Positions 1 through 17,261 of a stretch of DNA of 64,000 bases are shown piece by piece. Position numbers and translations under genes: made by a program. The stretch's first letter is position 1. Each line of letters starts with the position of its first letter. The notes beneath the pieces were generated by a model. That model saw nothing but the letters and a program-made list of their open reading frames with translations. It searched no databases and was not told the DNA's origin. Source of the stretch: Schmidtea polychroa (lineage: Eukaryota); NCBI GenBank assembly GCA_044892525.1, contig CM097885.1, positions 34,970,001-35,034,000 of the forward strand, read 5' to 3'.

Positions 1-1500
1 ATAAATTTTATCAAATACATGTAAATTTTTTTAAAAATTCTATGTGTGTGTTATTGGTAGAGTGTGAGTGTGTAAAATATGAAATTTTATCAAATACATG
101 TATAAATTTAGGTAAATTTTATGAAAAATCTATGTTTTTGTGTGTGTGTGTTACGGGTATAGTATGTGTGTGCGTAAATATATGAAATTTTATCAAATAC
201 ATGTAAATTTAGTTAAATTTTATGAAAAATCTATGTGTGTGTGTTACGGGTATAGAATGTGTGTGTAAAAATATGAAATTTTATCAAATACATGTAAATT
301 TCTTTAAAAAAATCTATATGTGTGTTTGTCCTATGGGGTAGAGAATTATTGTATATGTGTGTAAAAATTATATCAAATTTCTTTAAAATTTATGAAAAAT
401 CTATATATGTGTGTGTTATGGGGTAGAGTATGTGTGCGTAAAAAACTTTTATCAAATACATGTAAATTTCTTTCAAAAATCTATGTTTTCTGTGTGTGCT
501 ATGGTTAGAGAATTATTATGGGTGTATGTGTGTAAAAATATTAAATTTTATAAAAAGCATGTAAATTTCTTTCAAAAATCTATGTTTTCTGTGTGTGCTA
601 TGGTTAGAGAATTATTATGGGTGTATGTGTGTACAAATAATAAATTTTATAAAAAGCATGTAAATTTCTTTAAAAATCTATGTTTTCTGTGTGTGTGTGT
701 GGTATGGGTAATTATTATGGGTGTGTAAAAACTTTTATCAAATACATGTAAATTTCTTTAAAAAATCTATGTGTGTGCTATGGTTAGAGAATTATTATAT
801 ATGTATTTGTGTACAAATAATAAATTTTATAAAAATCATGTAAATTTCTTTAAAAAATCTATGTTTTCTGTGTGTGTGTGTGTGCTATGGGGTAGAGTAT
901 GTGTGTGTAAAAAACTTTTATGAAATACATATAAATTTCTTTAAAAAATCTATATGTGTGTTTGTCCTATGGGGTAGAGAATTATTGTATATGTGTGTAA
1001 AAATTATATCAAATTTCTTTAAAATTTATGAAAAATCTATATATGTGTGTGTTATGGAGTAGAGTATGTGTGTGTAAAAAACTTTTATCAAATACATGTA
1101 AATTTCTTTAAAAAATCTATGTTTTCTGTGTGTGTGTGTGTGCTATGGGGTAGAGTATGTGTGTGTAATAAACTTTTATGAAATACATATAAATTTCTTT
1201 AAAAAATCTATATGTGTGTTTGTCCTATGGGGTAGAGAATTATTGTATATGTGTGTAAAAATTATATCAAATTTCTTTAAAATTTATGAAAAATCTATAT
1301 ATGTGTGTGTTATGGAGTAGAGTATGTGTGTGTAAAAAACTTTTATCAAATACATGTAAATTTCTTTCAAAAATCTATGTTTTCTGTGTGTGTATGTGTG
1401 TGTGCTATGGGGTAGAAAATTATTGTGTGTGTATGTGTGTAAAAATATGAAACTTTATCAAATTTCTTTAAAATTTATGAAAAATCTATGTTTTTGTGTG
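1..1500. repeat. Minisatellite array, ~75-90 bp degenerate unit (TTTTATCAAATACATGTAAATTTCTTTAAAAAATCTATG...GTGTGTG...ATGGGGTAGAG)
   Basis: The unit recurs many times and runs off the left window edge. Its reverse complement is at ~8620-9900. Confidence 0.9.
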
Positions 1501-1646
1501 CATTGTACGTGTATTGCACATGCTTATTTTAACACGGGTATATATGCTTAATATGTGATTATACTCTGAGTTTATCCGACAAGATATTTTGTCCCCCTAT
1601 GGGTAATGTTCACACTCAACATGTTGCAAGTGTACTGCTCACAAGG

Positions 1647-1694
<48 letters not shown>

Positions 1695-1950
1695 CTCAGA
1701 GTTTATCCGACAAGATATTTAGTCCCCTTTATGAGTACTACTCGCAAAGGTACTGCTCACATGTCTCAAAGAGTATATATACTGACCAATCAAAATCAAG
1801 GAAGGGGTAGAAAAAATATATATTACTTGCAGTATTTTAAAACTTAAATATATTTTGACACCATTTTCAACATTTTCATCAATTATTATTATTTTTATTA
1901 TTGTTATTATTAACGCGCGGGGGATATTATTATTATTTATAATATTTTCA

Positions 1951-2125
<175 letters not shown>

Positions 2126-2467
2126 TTCATTATTATTATTATTATTCTTATTTTATTTTCAAAGTATTATTATAATTATTATTATTATATAAACTATGAG
2201 TTTATCCGACAACATATTTAGTCCCCGGATGGATAATGCTCATATACAACATGTCTCAAAGGGCATATTATTAAATTCTGACTAATCAATGAAGGGGTAG
2301 AACAAAAATATATTACGTTGTGGTATGTTAAAATCTTATTTTCAAAACATATTTTGACGCCATTTTCATTAGATGCAAGAACATTTTCATAATTATTTTC
2401 ATAATTTTTGCATCGATTTCATGATTTTCAACATTTTCATCATTTGCATGAATATATTATTTTCAAT

Positions 2468-2577
<110 letters not shown>

Positions 2578-2674
2578 TCGATGGGTTTTATGTAGGGTAT
2601 CCGAATGTTGTAATAAGCAATATTTTCATTATTTTTCATGATTATTTTCTTCAAAATTCTTATTTTATAAAGTA

Positions 2675-2718
2675 TGACTCATTCAAGGTCATATGACTCA
2701 TCAAGGTCACGTGACTCA
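2675..2718 (+). promoter_or_regulatory. Cluster of 3 AP-1 sites (TGACTCA) alternating with 2 TCAAGGTCA nuclear-receptor sites, upstream of the RING ORF
   Basis: TGACTCA at 2675, 2694, 2712. TCAAGGTCA at 2683, 2701. Mirrored at 7490-7533. The motifs are seen directly; function is inferred. Confidence 0.55.
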
Positions 2719-3063
2719 TCGATTACATTTTGAAAATTCTAATTTGATTGGTTATATCTATTGTGATAAATGTAAAAACAAAAGTAATTTAGTTATTACT
2801 GATGATTTCTACAAGTAAAACTGTTGAATATGATTGTGTAAATCACAAAATGTATTTGGTAACTTTATTATTTTATCAATTTTTTGTGATTTATAGCAAG
2901 GAACTCGAAATAATGAAAAATTAAGTCCATCCTATTCTGAAGATAATCGCTCATTGAAATTTTTAACAACACAGTTGAAGATTTTATAAATAATCATGAT
3001 GCTTACACTGATAAGAAAATCATAAATGTTTTAAAAATTTTCAAACATTCCTCTATTGAATAT

Positions 3064-3444
3064 TTGATTGATTTATTTAATTATGATAAATGTATTTTGA
3101 AGTTATCTAGTTATTTAATGTATTTTGAAAAAACAGTGGTAAACAACGATACACTGAATGAATACTTTTGGAGTTGCATGTATTTAAGATTGAAACCGGG
3201 ATATAGTAGATTGATTTATGAATGGATGGCGAAAGTCGATTTGATTGAAAATAAACTAACGGAAAAACTGAACGATGTTAAGAAAATGTATTTAACTTGT
3301 TCAATTTGTAAAGAAAATCAAGTTTCGGTTTTGTTTTTACCGTGTGGTCATGTAATTGTTTGTTCTAAGTGTCACGAGAAGAATGTTCGCAATTGTCAAG
3401 CCTGTTCAACTTTGATTAATGAATATCATACTATATATATGTAA
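3064..3444 (+). CDS. C-terminal C3HC4 RING (IAP/Mdm2-type RING-HC) protein, putative E3 ligase; true start uncertain (frame open from 2947, first ATG 3118, possibly spliced)
   Basis: CSIC-x11-CGH-x3-CSKC-x7-CQAC at the extreme C-terminus with VLFLPCGH, preceded by a coiled-coil-like stretch. Confidence 0.8.
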   Translation: MIDLFNYDKCILKLSSYLMYFEKTVVNNDTLNEYFWSCMYLRLKPGYSRLIYEWMAKVDLIENKLTEKLNDVKKMYLTCSICKENQVSVLFLPCGHVIVCSKCHEKNVRNCQACSTLINEYHTIYM

Positions 3445-4495
3445 TTTCTCAATACAAATTTCTAGTGTCTTTTTTAATCATGCACATTTATTGCTATTTT
3501 GTATATTTTTTAGTTAATTTATAAATATTATCTGACATTTTGATGTGTCAATGCAAATATATATACAACAAATTAATCAATAAAGATTGTAAGTTCTTTT
3601 ATATACTCAGAGTTTATCCGACAAGATATTTTGTCCCCCTATGGGTATTTGTCGTAAAGGTACTGGTCGCAAGGGTAATTAAGGTACATGTATATATATA
3701 TATAAATTCTTAGGTAATTTAGTGAGAAATATTTGGGTAATATTTTAAATGTAACTTTATTCTTATTTCGAACGATAAATTTATTGATTAACTTTGTCAT
3801 TTAAAAGGTAATTTGGTAAAGTATTTTCATAGGTAATTTATTCATCTAATGTTCATTACAATAGTTAACTTCGTGAGAAATACATGGTCATTAATAACAA
3901 CATTGATTCTTTGGAGTAAAAATCTTTGTTCGAGTCATAATAGAAATATGATCATCTGGTTAACCAATTAAGGTGTTTATTAGTTAGAATTCTAATTTAT
4001 TATCATTGAGTATAATATATCTTTGTGAGAATAAGTTAAGATTTTTGAGCAACATTTACCAAAACATGAATATTTTGTGCGAAGAATATTGGTTAAATAT
4101 GTCATTTAAAATAATATTTTCAGACAATAATTAATAAATTCATTGGTTAATTTATATCTTTGTGAGAAATACATGATCATTTATTGACAATTCATTAATA
4201 AATTTGGTATAAATTCTTTATCATTTGGAGTAATTTTTGTCAAATTTCTATTTTTTATTATTATAGAAACATGATCGTTTGGTTAATTTACATGGAATAA
4301 TATGATGAATTTCAAGTGAAATAAAGTTTTCAGTTAATTAATATATCAAATTAATTTAAAATTGAGGATACACTGATGAAAATTCTAAACAAATATTTGC
4401 ATCCACACATATATTTGAACATCACATAATAAAAACTCATTAATTTAAAATACTGCAACGTAAAATATTGCGTAATAAATGATACTGAATCGCTC

Positions 4496-4554
<59 letters not shown>

Positions 4555-5654
4555 ATTGAAAATAATAATAATATTACTTTGAAAAATAATAATATGACAT
4601 TGAAAATAATAATAATATTACTTTGAAAAATAATAATATGACATTGATGACATTTGAAAATAAAATAAGAATTTTGAAGAAAATAATCATGAAAATATTG
4701 AAAATCGTAAAAATATCTTTTGGAAATACTTTGAAAATAATAATACTATGAACTTGTATTTGAAAATAATATACATTTAGCGACCAATACCCATAGAGGG
4801 ACAAAATATCTTGTCGGATAAACTCAGACTATATATATAATTAAATCAGTCAAATCAAGAACTTTGATAAAATTATACTTAGGTGGTAAGAATATATGAA
4901 ATATATGATAAAAAAAAATTGAAAGGTTTTTGATGAAAATAAGAATAGATATATATTTAAAATATATTTTACTAAAACTTGAATATTTAACAGAAGAAAT
5001 ATTAGTAGGAAAATAAATCGGGGGCTGTTGATTGTTCAAAGGATTATGTTATAGCTAAATTATTACATCAAAGTTGATTGAAAAATAATTCTGTTAATAA
5101 AGTTTGGCTGAGTTCTTTATTTTACACTAAATTTCGAAATTAATATTAGTCACATTCCTAAATAATTGAAATGTAACGTAACATTTTAAAAATACAATTA
5201 TATACTTTTTACTAAATTTAATTGTCTGTAATTTTCCTTTAACCTTCTGTAGCAATTAATTCTATCTCAATTAAGATTTACACTCTTTATTAATTTATCA
5301 TATATTTCAATGAATATTATTACCACTTGATTATAATTTTATCAAAGTTCTTGATTTGACTGATTTAATTATATATATAGTCTGAGTTTATCCGACAAGA
5401 TATTTTGTCCCTCTATGGGTATTGGTCGCTAAATGTATATTATTTTCAAATACAAGTTCATAGTATTATTATTTTCAAAGTATTTCCAAAAGATATTTTT
5501 ACGATTTTCAATATTTTCATGATTATTTTCTTCAAAATTCTTATTTTATTTTCAAATGTCATCAATGTCATATTATTATTTTTCAAAGTAATATTATTAT
5601 TATTTTCAATGTCATATTATTATTTTTCAAAGTAATATTATTATTATTTTCAAT

Positions 5655-5710
<56 letters not shown>

Positions 5711-6763
5711 GAGCGATTCAGTATCATTTATTACGCAATATTTTACGTTGCAGTATTTTAAATTAATGAGTTTTTATTATGTGATGTTCAAATATATGTG
5801 TGGATGCAAATATTTGTTTAGAATTTTCATCAGTGTATCCTCAATTTTAAATTAATTTGATATATTAATTAACTGAAAACTTTATTTCACTTGAAATTCA
5901 TCATATTATTCCATGTAAATTAACCAAACGATCATGTTTCTATAATAATAAAAAATAGAAATTTGACAAAAATTACTCCAAATGATAAAGAATTTATACC
6001 AAATTTATTAATGAATTGTCAATAAATGATCATGTATTTCTCACAAAGATATAAATTAACCAATGAATTTATTAATTATTGTCTGAAAATATTATTTTAA
6101 ATGACATATTTAACCAATATTCTTCGCACAAAATATTCATGTTTTGGTAAATGTTGCTCAAAAATCTTAACTTATTCTCACAAAGATATATTATACTCAA
6201 TGATAATAAATTAGAATTCTAACTAATAAACACCTTAATTGGTTAACCAGATGATCATATTTCTATTATGACTCGAACAAAGATTTTTACTCCAAAGAAT
6301 CAATGTTGTTATTAATGACCATGTATTTCTCACGAAGTTAACTATTGTAATGAACATTAGATGAATAAATTACCTATGAAAATACTTTACCAAATTACCT
6401 TTTAAATGACAAAGTTAATCAATAAATTTATCGTTCGAAATAAGAATAAAGTTACATTTAAAATATTACCCAAATATTTCTCACTAAATTACCTAAGAAT
6501 TTATATATATATATATACATGTGCCTTAATTACCCTTGCGACCAGTACCTTTACGACAAATACCCATAGGGGGACAAAATATCTTGTCGGATAAACTCTG
6601 AGTATATAAAAGAACTTACAATCTTTATTGATTAATTTGTTGTATATATATTTGCATTGACACATCAAAATGTCAGATAATATTTATAAATTAACTAAAA
6701 AATATACAAAATAGCAATAAATGTGCATGATTAAAAAAGACACTAGAAATTTGTATTGAGAAA

Positions 6764-7144
6764 TTACATATATATAGTATGATATTCATTAATCAAAGTT
6801 GAACAGGCTTGAAAATTGCGAACATTCTTCTCGTGACACTTAGAACAAACAATTACATGACCACACGGTAAAAACAAAACCGAAACTTGATTTTCTTTAC
6901 AAATTGAACAAGTTAAATACATTTTCTTAACATCGTTCAGTTTTTCCGTTAGTTTATTTTCAATCAAATCGACTTTCGCCATCCATTCATAAATCAATCT
7001 ACTATATCCCGGTTTCAATCTTAAATACATGCAACTCCAAAAGTATTCATTCAGTGTATCGTTGTTTACCACTGTTTTTTCAAAATACATTAAATAACTA
7101 GATAACTTCAAAATACATTTATCATAATTAAATAAATCAATCAA
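6764..7144 (-). CDS. Mirror copy of the RING protein with the 7th zinc ligand changed Cys->Phe
   Basis: Identical translation except RNCQAC->RNFQAC (single base, 3395 vs 6813). Confidence 0.75.
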   Translation of the reverse strand: MIDLFNYDKCILKLSSYLMYFEKTVVNNDTLNEYFWSCMYLRLKPGYSRLIYEWMAKVDLIENKLTEKLNDVKKMYLTCSICKENQVSVLFLPCGHVIVCSKCHEKNVRNFQACSTLINEYHTIYM

Positions 7145-7630
7145 ATATTCAATAGAGGAATGTTTGAAAATTTTTAAAACATTTATGATTTTCTTATCAG
7201 TGTAAGCATCATGATTATTTATAAAATCTTCAACTGTGTTGTTAAAAATTTCAATGAGCGATTATCTTCAGAATAGGATGGACTTAATTTTTCATTATTT
7301 CGAGTTCCTTGCTATAAATCACAAAAAATTGATAAAATAATAAAGTTACCAAATACATTTTGTGATTTACACAATCATATTCAACAGTTTTACTTGTAGA
7401 AATCATCAGTAATAACTAAATTACTTTTGTTTTTACATTTATCACAATAGATATAGCCAATCAAATTAGAATTTTCAAAATGTAATCGATGAGTCACGTG
7501 ACCTTGATGAGTCATATGACCTTGAATGAGTCATACTTTATAAAATAAGAATTTTGAAGAAAATAATCATGAAAAATAATGAAAATATTGCTTATTACAA
7601 CATTCGGATACCCTACATAAAACCCATCGA

Positions 7631-7701
<71 letters not shown>

Positions 7702-8043
7702 ATTGAAAATAATATATTCATGCAAATGATGAAAATGTTGAAAATCATGAAATCGATGCAAAAATTATGAAAATAATTATGAAAATGTTCTTGCATCTAA
7801 TGAAAATGGCGTCAAAATATGTTTTGAAAATAAGATTTTAACATACCACAACGTAATATATTTTTGTTCTACCCCTTCATTGATTAGTCAGAATTTAATA
7901 ATATGCCCTTTGAGACATGTTGTATATGAGCATTATCCATCCGGGGACTAAATATGTTGTCGGATAAACTCATAGTTTATATAATAATAATAATTATAAT
8001 AATACTTTGAAAATAAAATAAGAATAATAATAATAATAATGAA

Positions 8044-8167
<124 letters not shown>

Positions 8168-8424
8168 TGAAAATATTATAAATAATAATAATATCCCCCG
8201 CGCGTTAATAATAACAATAATAAAAATAATAATAATTGATGAAAATGTTGAAAATGGTGTCAAAATATATTTAAGTTTTAAAATACTGCAACGTAATATA
8301 TATTTTTTCTACCCCTTCCTTGATTTTGATTGGTCAGTATATATACTCTTTGAGACATGTGAGCAGTACCTTTGCGAGTAGTACTCATAAAGGGGACTAA
8401 ATATTTTGTCGGATAGACTAGGAG

Positions 8425-8472
<48 letters not shown>

Positions 8473-8619
8473 CCTTGTGAGCAGTACACTTGCAACATGT
8501 TGAGTGTGAACATTACCCATAGGGGGACAAAATATCTTGTCGGATAAACTCAGAGTATAATCACATATTAAGCATATATACCCGTGTTAAAATAAGCATG
8601 TGCAATACACGTACAATGC

Positions 8620-9900
8620 ACACAAAAACATAGATTTTTCATAAATTTTAAAGAAATTTGATAAAGTTTCATATTTTTACACACATACACACACAATAAT
8701 TCTCTACCCCATAGCACACACACATACACACACAGAAAACATAGATTTTTGAAAGAAATTTACATGTATTTGATAAAAGTTTTTTACACACACATACTCT
8801 ACTCCATAACACACACATATATAGATTTTTCATAAATTTTAAAGAAATTTGATATAATTTTTACACACATATACAATAATTCTCTACCCCATAGGACAAA
8901 CACACATATAGATTTTTTAAAGAAATTTATATGTATTTCATAAAAGTTTTTTACACACACATACTCTACCCCATACCACACACACACACACAGAAAACAT
9001 AGATTTTTAAAGAAATTTACATGAATTTTATAAAATTTATTATTTGTACACACATAAACCCATAATAATTCTCTAACCATAGCACACACATGGATTTTTG
9101 AAAGAAATTTACATGTATTTGATAAAAGTTTTTTACACACACACACATACTCTACTCTATAGCACACACACATAGATTTTTTAAAGAAATCTACATGTAT
9201 TTGATAAAAGTTTTTTTACACACACATACTCTACCCCATAGCACACACACACAGAAAACATAGATTTTTTAAAGAAATTTACATGATTTTTATAAAATTT
9301 ATTATTTGTACACAAATACACATATAATAATTCTCTAACCATAGCACACACATAGATTTTTTAAAGAAATTTACATGTATTTGATAAAAGTTTTTTTACA
9401 CACCCATAATAATTATCCATACCACACACACACAGAAACCATAGATTTTTAAAGAAATTTACATGATTTTTATAAAATTTATTATTTGTACACACATACA
9501 CCCATAATAATTCTCTAACCATAGCACACACAGAAAACATAGATTTTTGAAAGAAATTTACATGTATTTGATAAAATTTAATATTTTTACACACACACAC
9601 ATACTCTACTCTATAGCACACACACATAGATTTTTTAAAGAAATCTACATGTATTTGATAAAAGTTTTTTACACACACATACTCTACCCCATAACACACA
9701 GAGATTTTTCATAAATTTTTCATAAATTTGATATAATTTTCACACACATACAATAATTCTCTACCCCATAGGACAAACACACATATAGATTTTTTAAAGA
9801 AATTTACATGTATTTGATAAAATTTTTATACACACACACAGAAAACATAGATTTTTCATAAAATTTAACTAAATTTACATGTATTTGATAAAAATTATTA
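8620..9900. repeat. Minisatellite array, reverse complement of 1-1500
   Basis: Repeated CATAGATTTTTTAAAGAAATTTACATGTATTTGATAAAA...CTCTACCCCAT units. Confidence 0.9.
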
Positions 9901-10157
9901 TTTTTGGCTATTGCACACACAATCACTCAGAAATATTTTTCTACCCTTAAGGTGTGTAATACTAGCATGTATACTTTGGAATAGACTTGTGTGTGTAAAT
10001 ATTTTAGGTTTATCTCTAATACTTGCAAAAATAATAATGGATTGAGTATGTGTGTAAAATTAATATCAAGGTATGACTAATAAATTTGCAATACACTTGC
10101 ATAATTAACAAAGACTTTGCAATAAAAGTGCATGATTAACAAAGACATGAATATAAT

Positions 10158-10247
<90 letters not shown>

Positions 10248-10342
10248 TAATAAATCCCATGGGCGCGTCATTCTGAAAACAGATGTCTTTGTTTTAAAAA
10301 GTGATGAGTCATTGTCTTTGTTATAAAAAGTCAGCGATGACT

Positions 10343-10760
10343 ACCTTTGTAGTACCTTTTGTTTGATATGTATATTATAAGGTTTGAAAAATTTGACCCT
10401 TGGACCATCATACTCATCTTTGTATTACCTTTTGTTTGATATGTATATTATAAAGTTCGAAAGTTTTTGACCCTTTGAAGGTTATTGACCCACCATATAC
10501 CTTCGACCCTTGGACCATCATACTCATCTTTGTATTACCTTTTGTTTGATATGTATATTATAAGGTTTTCAAAATTTGAACCTTGGACTCTTTAAACTTG
10601 GACCATCATACTCATTTTTGAATTTCCTTTTGTTTGATATATATATTATAAGGTTTGAAAAAATTCGAAGGTTTATGACCCTTTGAAGGTTATACCATTC
10701 GAAGATATGACCATTAGATAGACCTCTGAAATACCTTTCGAATTATAAGGTTTGAAAAGA
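10343..10760. repeat. Degenerate tandem repeat, ~4 copies of 73-110 bp
   Basis: CCTTTTGTTTGATATGTATATTATAAGG at ~10355, 10428, 10538, 10626, with TTGGACCATCATACTCAT between copies. Confidence 0.8.
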
Positions 10761-11488
10761 TTTTTTGAGGGACCCACCATTTTATTATATTGATTTGCAT
10801 TTAAATTATTTGATATATATATATTTTATTATTATTTTCAAAATAATATTATTATTTTTCAAAGTAATACTATTTTTTATTATTATTTTATTATAATTAT
10901 TATTAATTAATTAATTTTATTATTAATTTTATTATTATTAATTAATTAATTTTATTATTATTCACAAAAATATTATTATTATAAAGACATGTTGAACTCA
11001 TGTCACGTGTAAATTAAACAAAGACAATGAGTAACAAAGACATTATTTGTTACTATGTGAGTCATTGATGACTCATCATTTTAGTACAAAGCATAGAGTA
11101 TGTGTGTGTATATTTCTCTATCCTATCTGTATTCTGATTGGATAGACGTTACATATACTCTATGATTTTTTCAAAATGCTCGTGGATGAAAAAGTAAATT
11201 TTAATTATTATGTTTTTAATTATAATGTTTTTTAGAAATTATGAAATCAATTTATGAATTTTTTATGAAGAATATGTTTTTATGGAGAAAATTATATCAG
11301 AAATGGTAATGTTTTTTATTACTTTGTTATTATTATTTTATTTTTTATTATTATTTTTTATTACTTTGAAATAATATTTTGAAATAATATTAATTTGATA
11401 ATAATAATAGTAATAATAATAATTATAATAAAATAATAATATTACATTGAAAATAATAATAATAATGATAATAATAATAATAATAATG

Positions 11489-11522
<34 letters not shown>

Positions 11523-11559
11523 TAATAATAATAATTTTGATAATAACATCTTTGTTCTA

Positions 11560-12430
11560 GTGGAGTCCTGAGTCATCGTTCTAATCGTGTGTGATAGTCT
11601 TTGTCTTAAAAATAAATGATTGGTCTTTGTTCAAAAAAGTCATCGATGAGTCATACAAAGGGGGGGGGGATAGTGCACAAAAAAAATAACTTCTTATTTA
11701 AACTATGAGTCATCGATGAGTCTTTGTCTATATGTCTTTGTTTAAATGTATTTATTTAAATATTTGTTTACATGTCATTATTTAAATATTTGATTAAATG
11801 TCTTTGTTTAAATATTTGTTTAAATGTATTTATTTAAATATTTGTTTACATGTCATTGTTTAAATATTTGATTAAATGTCTTTGTTTAAAAAATGATGAG
11901 TCATACATACTTTAATAATGAGTCAGTTGGCTTTGTTCCAAAAATGACGAGTCATATGACCTTGTTAATAAAAATAGAATGACCTTGATGAGTCATCTTC
12001 TTTGTTTAAAAATGATGAGTCATCGGGCAGGATCAACGGTGATGAATCATATGTACTTTAATGATGAGTCATCGTCTTTGTTTAAAAATGATGAGTCATG
12101 TGACCTTGTTACTAAAAATAGAATGACCTTGACCTATTTACTAAAAATAGAATGACCTTGATGAGTCATCGATGACGTCATGTGACCTTGTTGCTAAAAA
12201 TAGAATGACCTTGGCCTAGTTGCCATGGGGACCACCGTTGCTATGGATGAGTCATGCGACCTTGATCTAGTTACCATGGTTACCACGGTTGCTATGGGTG
12301 AGTCATATGACCTTGATCCAGTTACCACGGTTGCTATGGATGAGTCATCGATGAGTCATATGTCTTTGTTTTGCGCTGAGTCATCGGGGGGGGGGGTAGT
12401 GCAAAAAAATGACAAAAAACGATGAGTCAT
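11560..12430. promoter_or_regulatory. Dense array of AP-1 (TGAGTCA) and TGACCTTG sites with two G-run/TAGTGCA blocks; probable subterminal region of a mobile element
   Basis: About 15 TGAGTCA, one TGACGTCA (~12173) and about 8 TGACCTTG, counted by eye. G-run followed by TAGTGCA and an A-run at ~11660 and ~12387. Confidence 0.6.
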
Positions 12431-12452
12431 GGAGCACACTTCTCTCTACTCT
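12431..12452 (-). mobile_element. Candidate Polinton/Maverick-type terminus (5'-AGAGTAGAGAGAAGTGTGCTCC on minus strand)
   Basis: Sequence character changes abruptly after ...TCTCTCTACTCT. Polinton ends characteristically begin AG with short simple repeats. The partner end is not in the window. Confidence 0.4.
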
Positions 12453-13149
12453 TGATATATGATAACTTTAGATAAAACGTTTGTCAGGCAAAAAATCTAG
12501 AAATTATAATCACACTGTTATGATATATTCAAATTTATAAGAGTGTCTAAAGTTTATGGTCTAGGCACTTAGGAATCTTTAAGGGCTTAGGAAGAAAAAT
12601 AGTGCAAAAGGATAAAAAGAATAACCATTTACCAAAAAATAGTCTAGGCTCAATTGATGAGTACCAACCCCGTAGAATTCATCCTTCTTCGGATATCCAC
12701 TGTGAGATTCACAAGTTTTTTGAAAAATTTCACAAAATCGACAATATTTTCTTTTGATCTCTTGCTTATTCATTCTTGTCACCTATATTTGTCCACTTAC
12801 TGATTTGATGAAAAAGTGAAAAAAGTATATTTTTTTATTTGTCAAAATTTTTAACCATACTCTGTATAAAGCTCCAAATCTTTTACGATAAATTCATTTT
12901 TAATTTCAATCAAATAGAATTTATTTATCACAAAATCAATTACAAACACCAACTCCTTTTATCAGTCACAATTAGAATATTTAGAGTCAAAATATTAAAA
13001 AATAATAAATTTATAATAAATAATTTGAAATTTTATTGTAAATTTGAGAAAATTCTAATTTTGATAACTAAAATTTCTTTAAATTTAAACCAGTCAACAT
13101 ATTTATGATAATTATTATTACTTCATCATGTTGTCTACCAGTATAAATT

Positions 13150-13700
13150 TTGAACTTGAACACTGCTATTTTCTTTTTTATTTGTTCTATTTCAGCATTA
13201 TCTTTTTGCCACTTATAATCTTCAGCTTTTTTCATCGTGTTTATTCTTCGGGTTTTCATTTTTTCCACTTTCGCATCTTCGTGTGCCAATAAACATTATG
13301 TGCATCCTTGACAACATATCTGCATTTGCATGATCCGTACCTTTTCGATACTCTATTTTAATATCCAGACTACTGAGGTAGCTAATCCATGTCTGAAATT
13401 GCGCTATTACTGGTTTCTTTGTGGATAACATAAACGTGATGGCTTTATGGTCCGTTCTCAAAATGAACCGTTTTCCATATAAATAATGATTGAAGTGTTG
13501 ACAAAAATAATAGATTGCCAGCAACTCTTTCCTTGTTATGCAATATCCCTTTTCATGATTGCTCATTGCATGAGAACCGTATGCTATAACCTTTTCGCAC
13601 CCGTTGTCGTCTTTCTATGATAATACTGCTCCAATCGTGTCAAAACTCGCATCAGTATTCAGAATGAATTCTCTTTCGAAATCTGGAAACCCTAGAATTT
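13150..13700 (-). mobile_element. Ty3/Gypsy pol fragment (RNase H), degenerate
   Basis: LGFPDFEREFILNTDASFDTIGAVLS*...IAYGSHAMSNHEKGYCITRKELLAIYYF...FILRTDHKAI...HANADMLSR, with a stop and a frameshift. Confidence 0.9.
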
Positions 13701-13972
13701 CAACTTTTACGAGTTTTAAAAGTTTGAAAAATTTTGAAACTTTTGTAATTTTTAAAGTTTGAATATAGAAAACAGAATTTTGTAAATTTTTAGCGAAATT
13801 AATATTAAAAAAATGAATGACTTAGTTAATTAGTTTGTTTAAAAAAAGAGCAATATGTATTGATTTAGTTTGATTTCAATTCTACCCGAAGATGAAAATT
13901 ATTCTGTCGAAATATATTGTAGTAATAATGATAATAATAATAATGATAATAATAATAATGATAATAATAATG

Positions 13973-15229
<1,257 letters not shown>

Positions 15230-15235
15230 TAATAA

Positions 15236-17177
<1,942 letters not shown>

Positions 17178-17261
17178 GTGAGATAAAATTTATTAATTGG
17201 TTAATTTATAATAAATAATAATTTCCAAACTGAGATAATATCAAAAAGATTTCCTGCTCAC

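Noticed and set aside
411..1320. Repetitive Cys/Val-rich ORFs (also 8799-9699)
   Set aside because: Products of the minisatellite; unit lengths do not preserve frame.
12579..12790. Possible next Nova exon after the TAG acceptor at ~12783
   Set aside because: The required phase gives GDKNE then stop, with no KH similarity.
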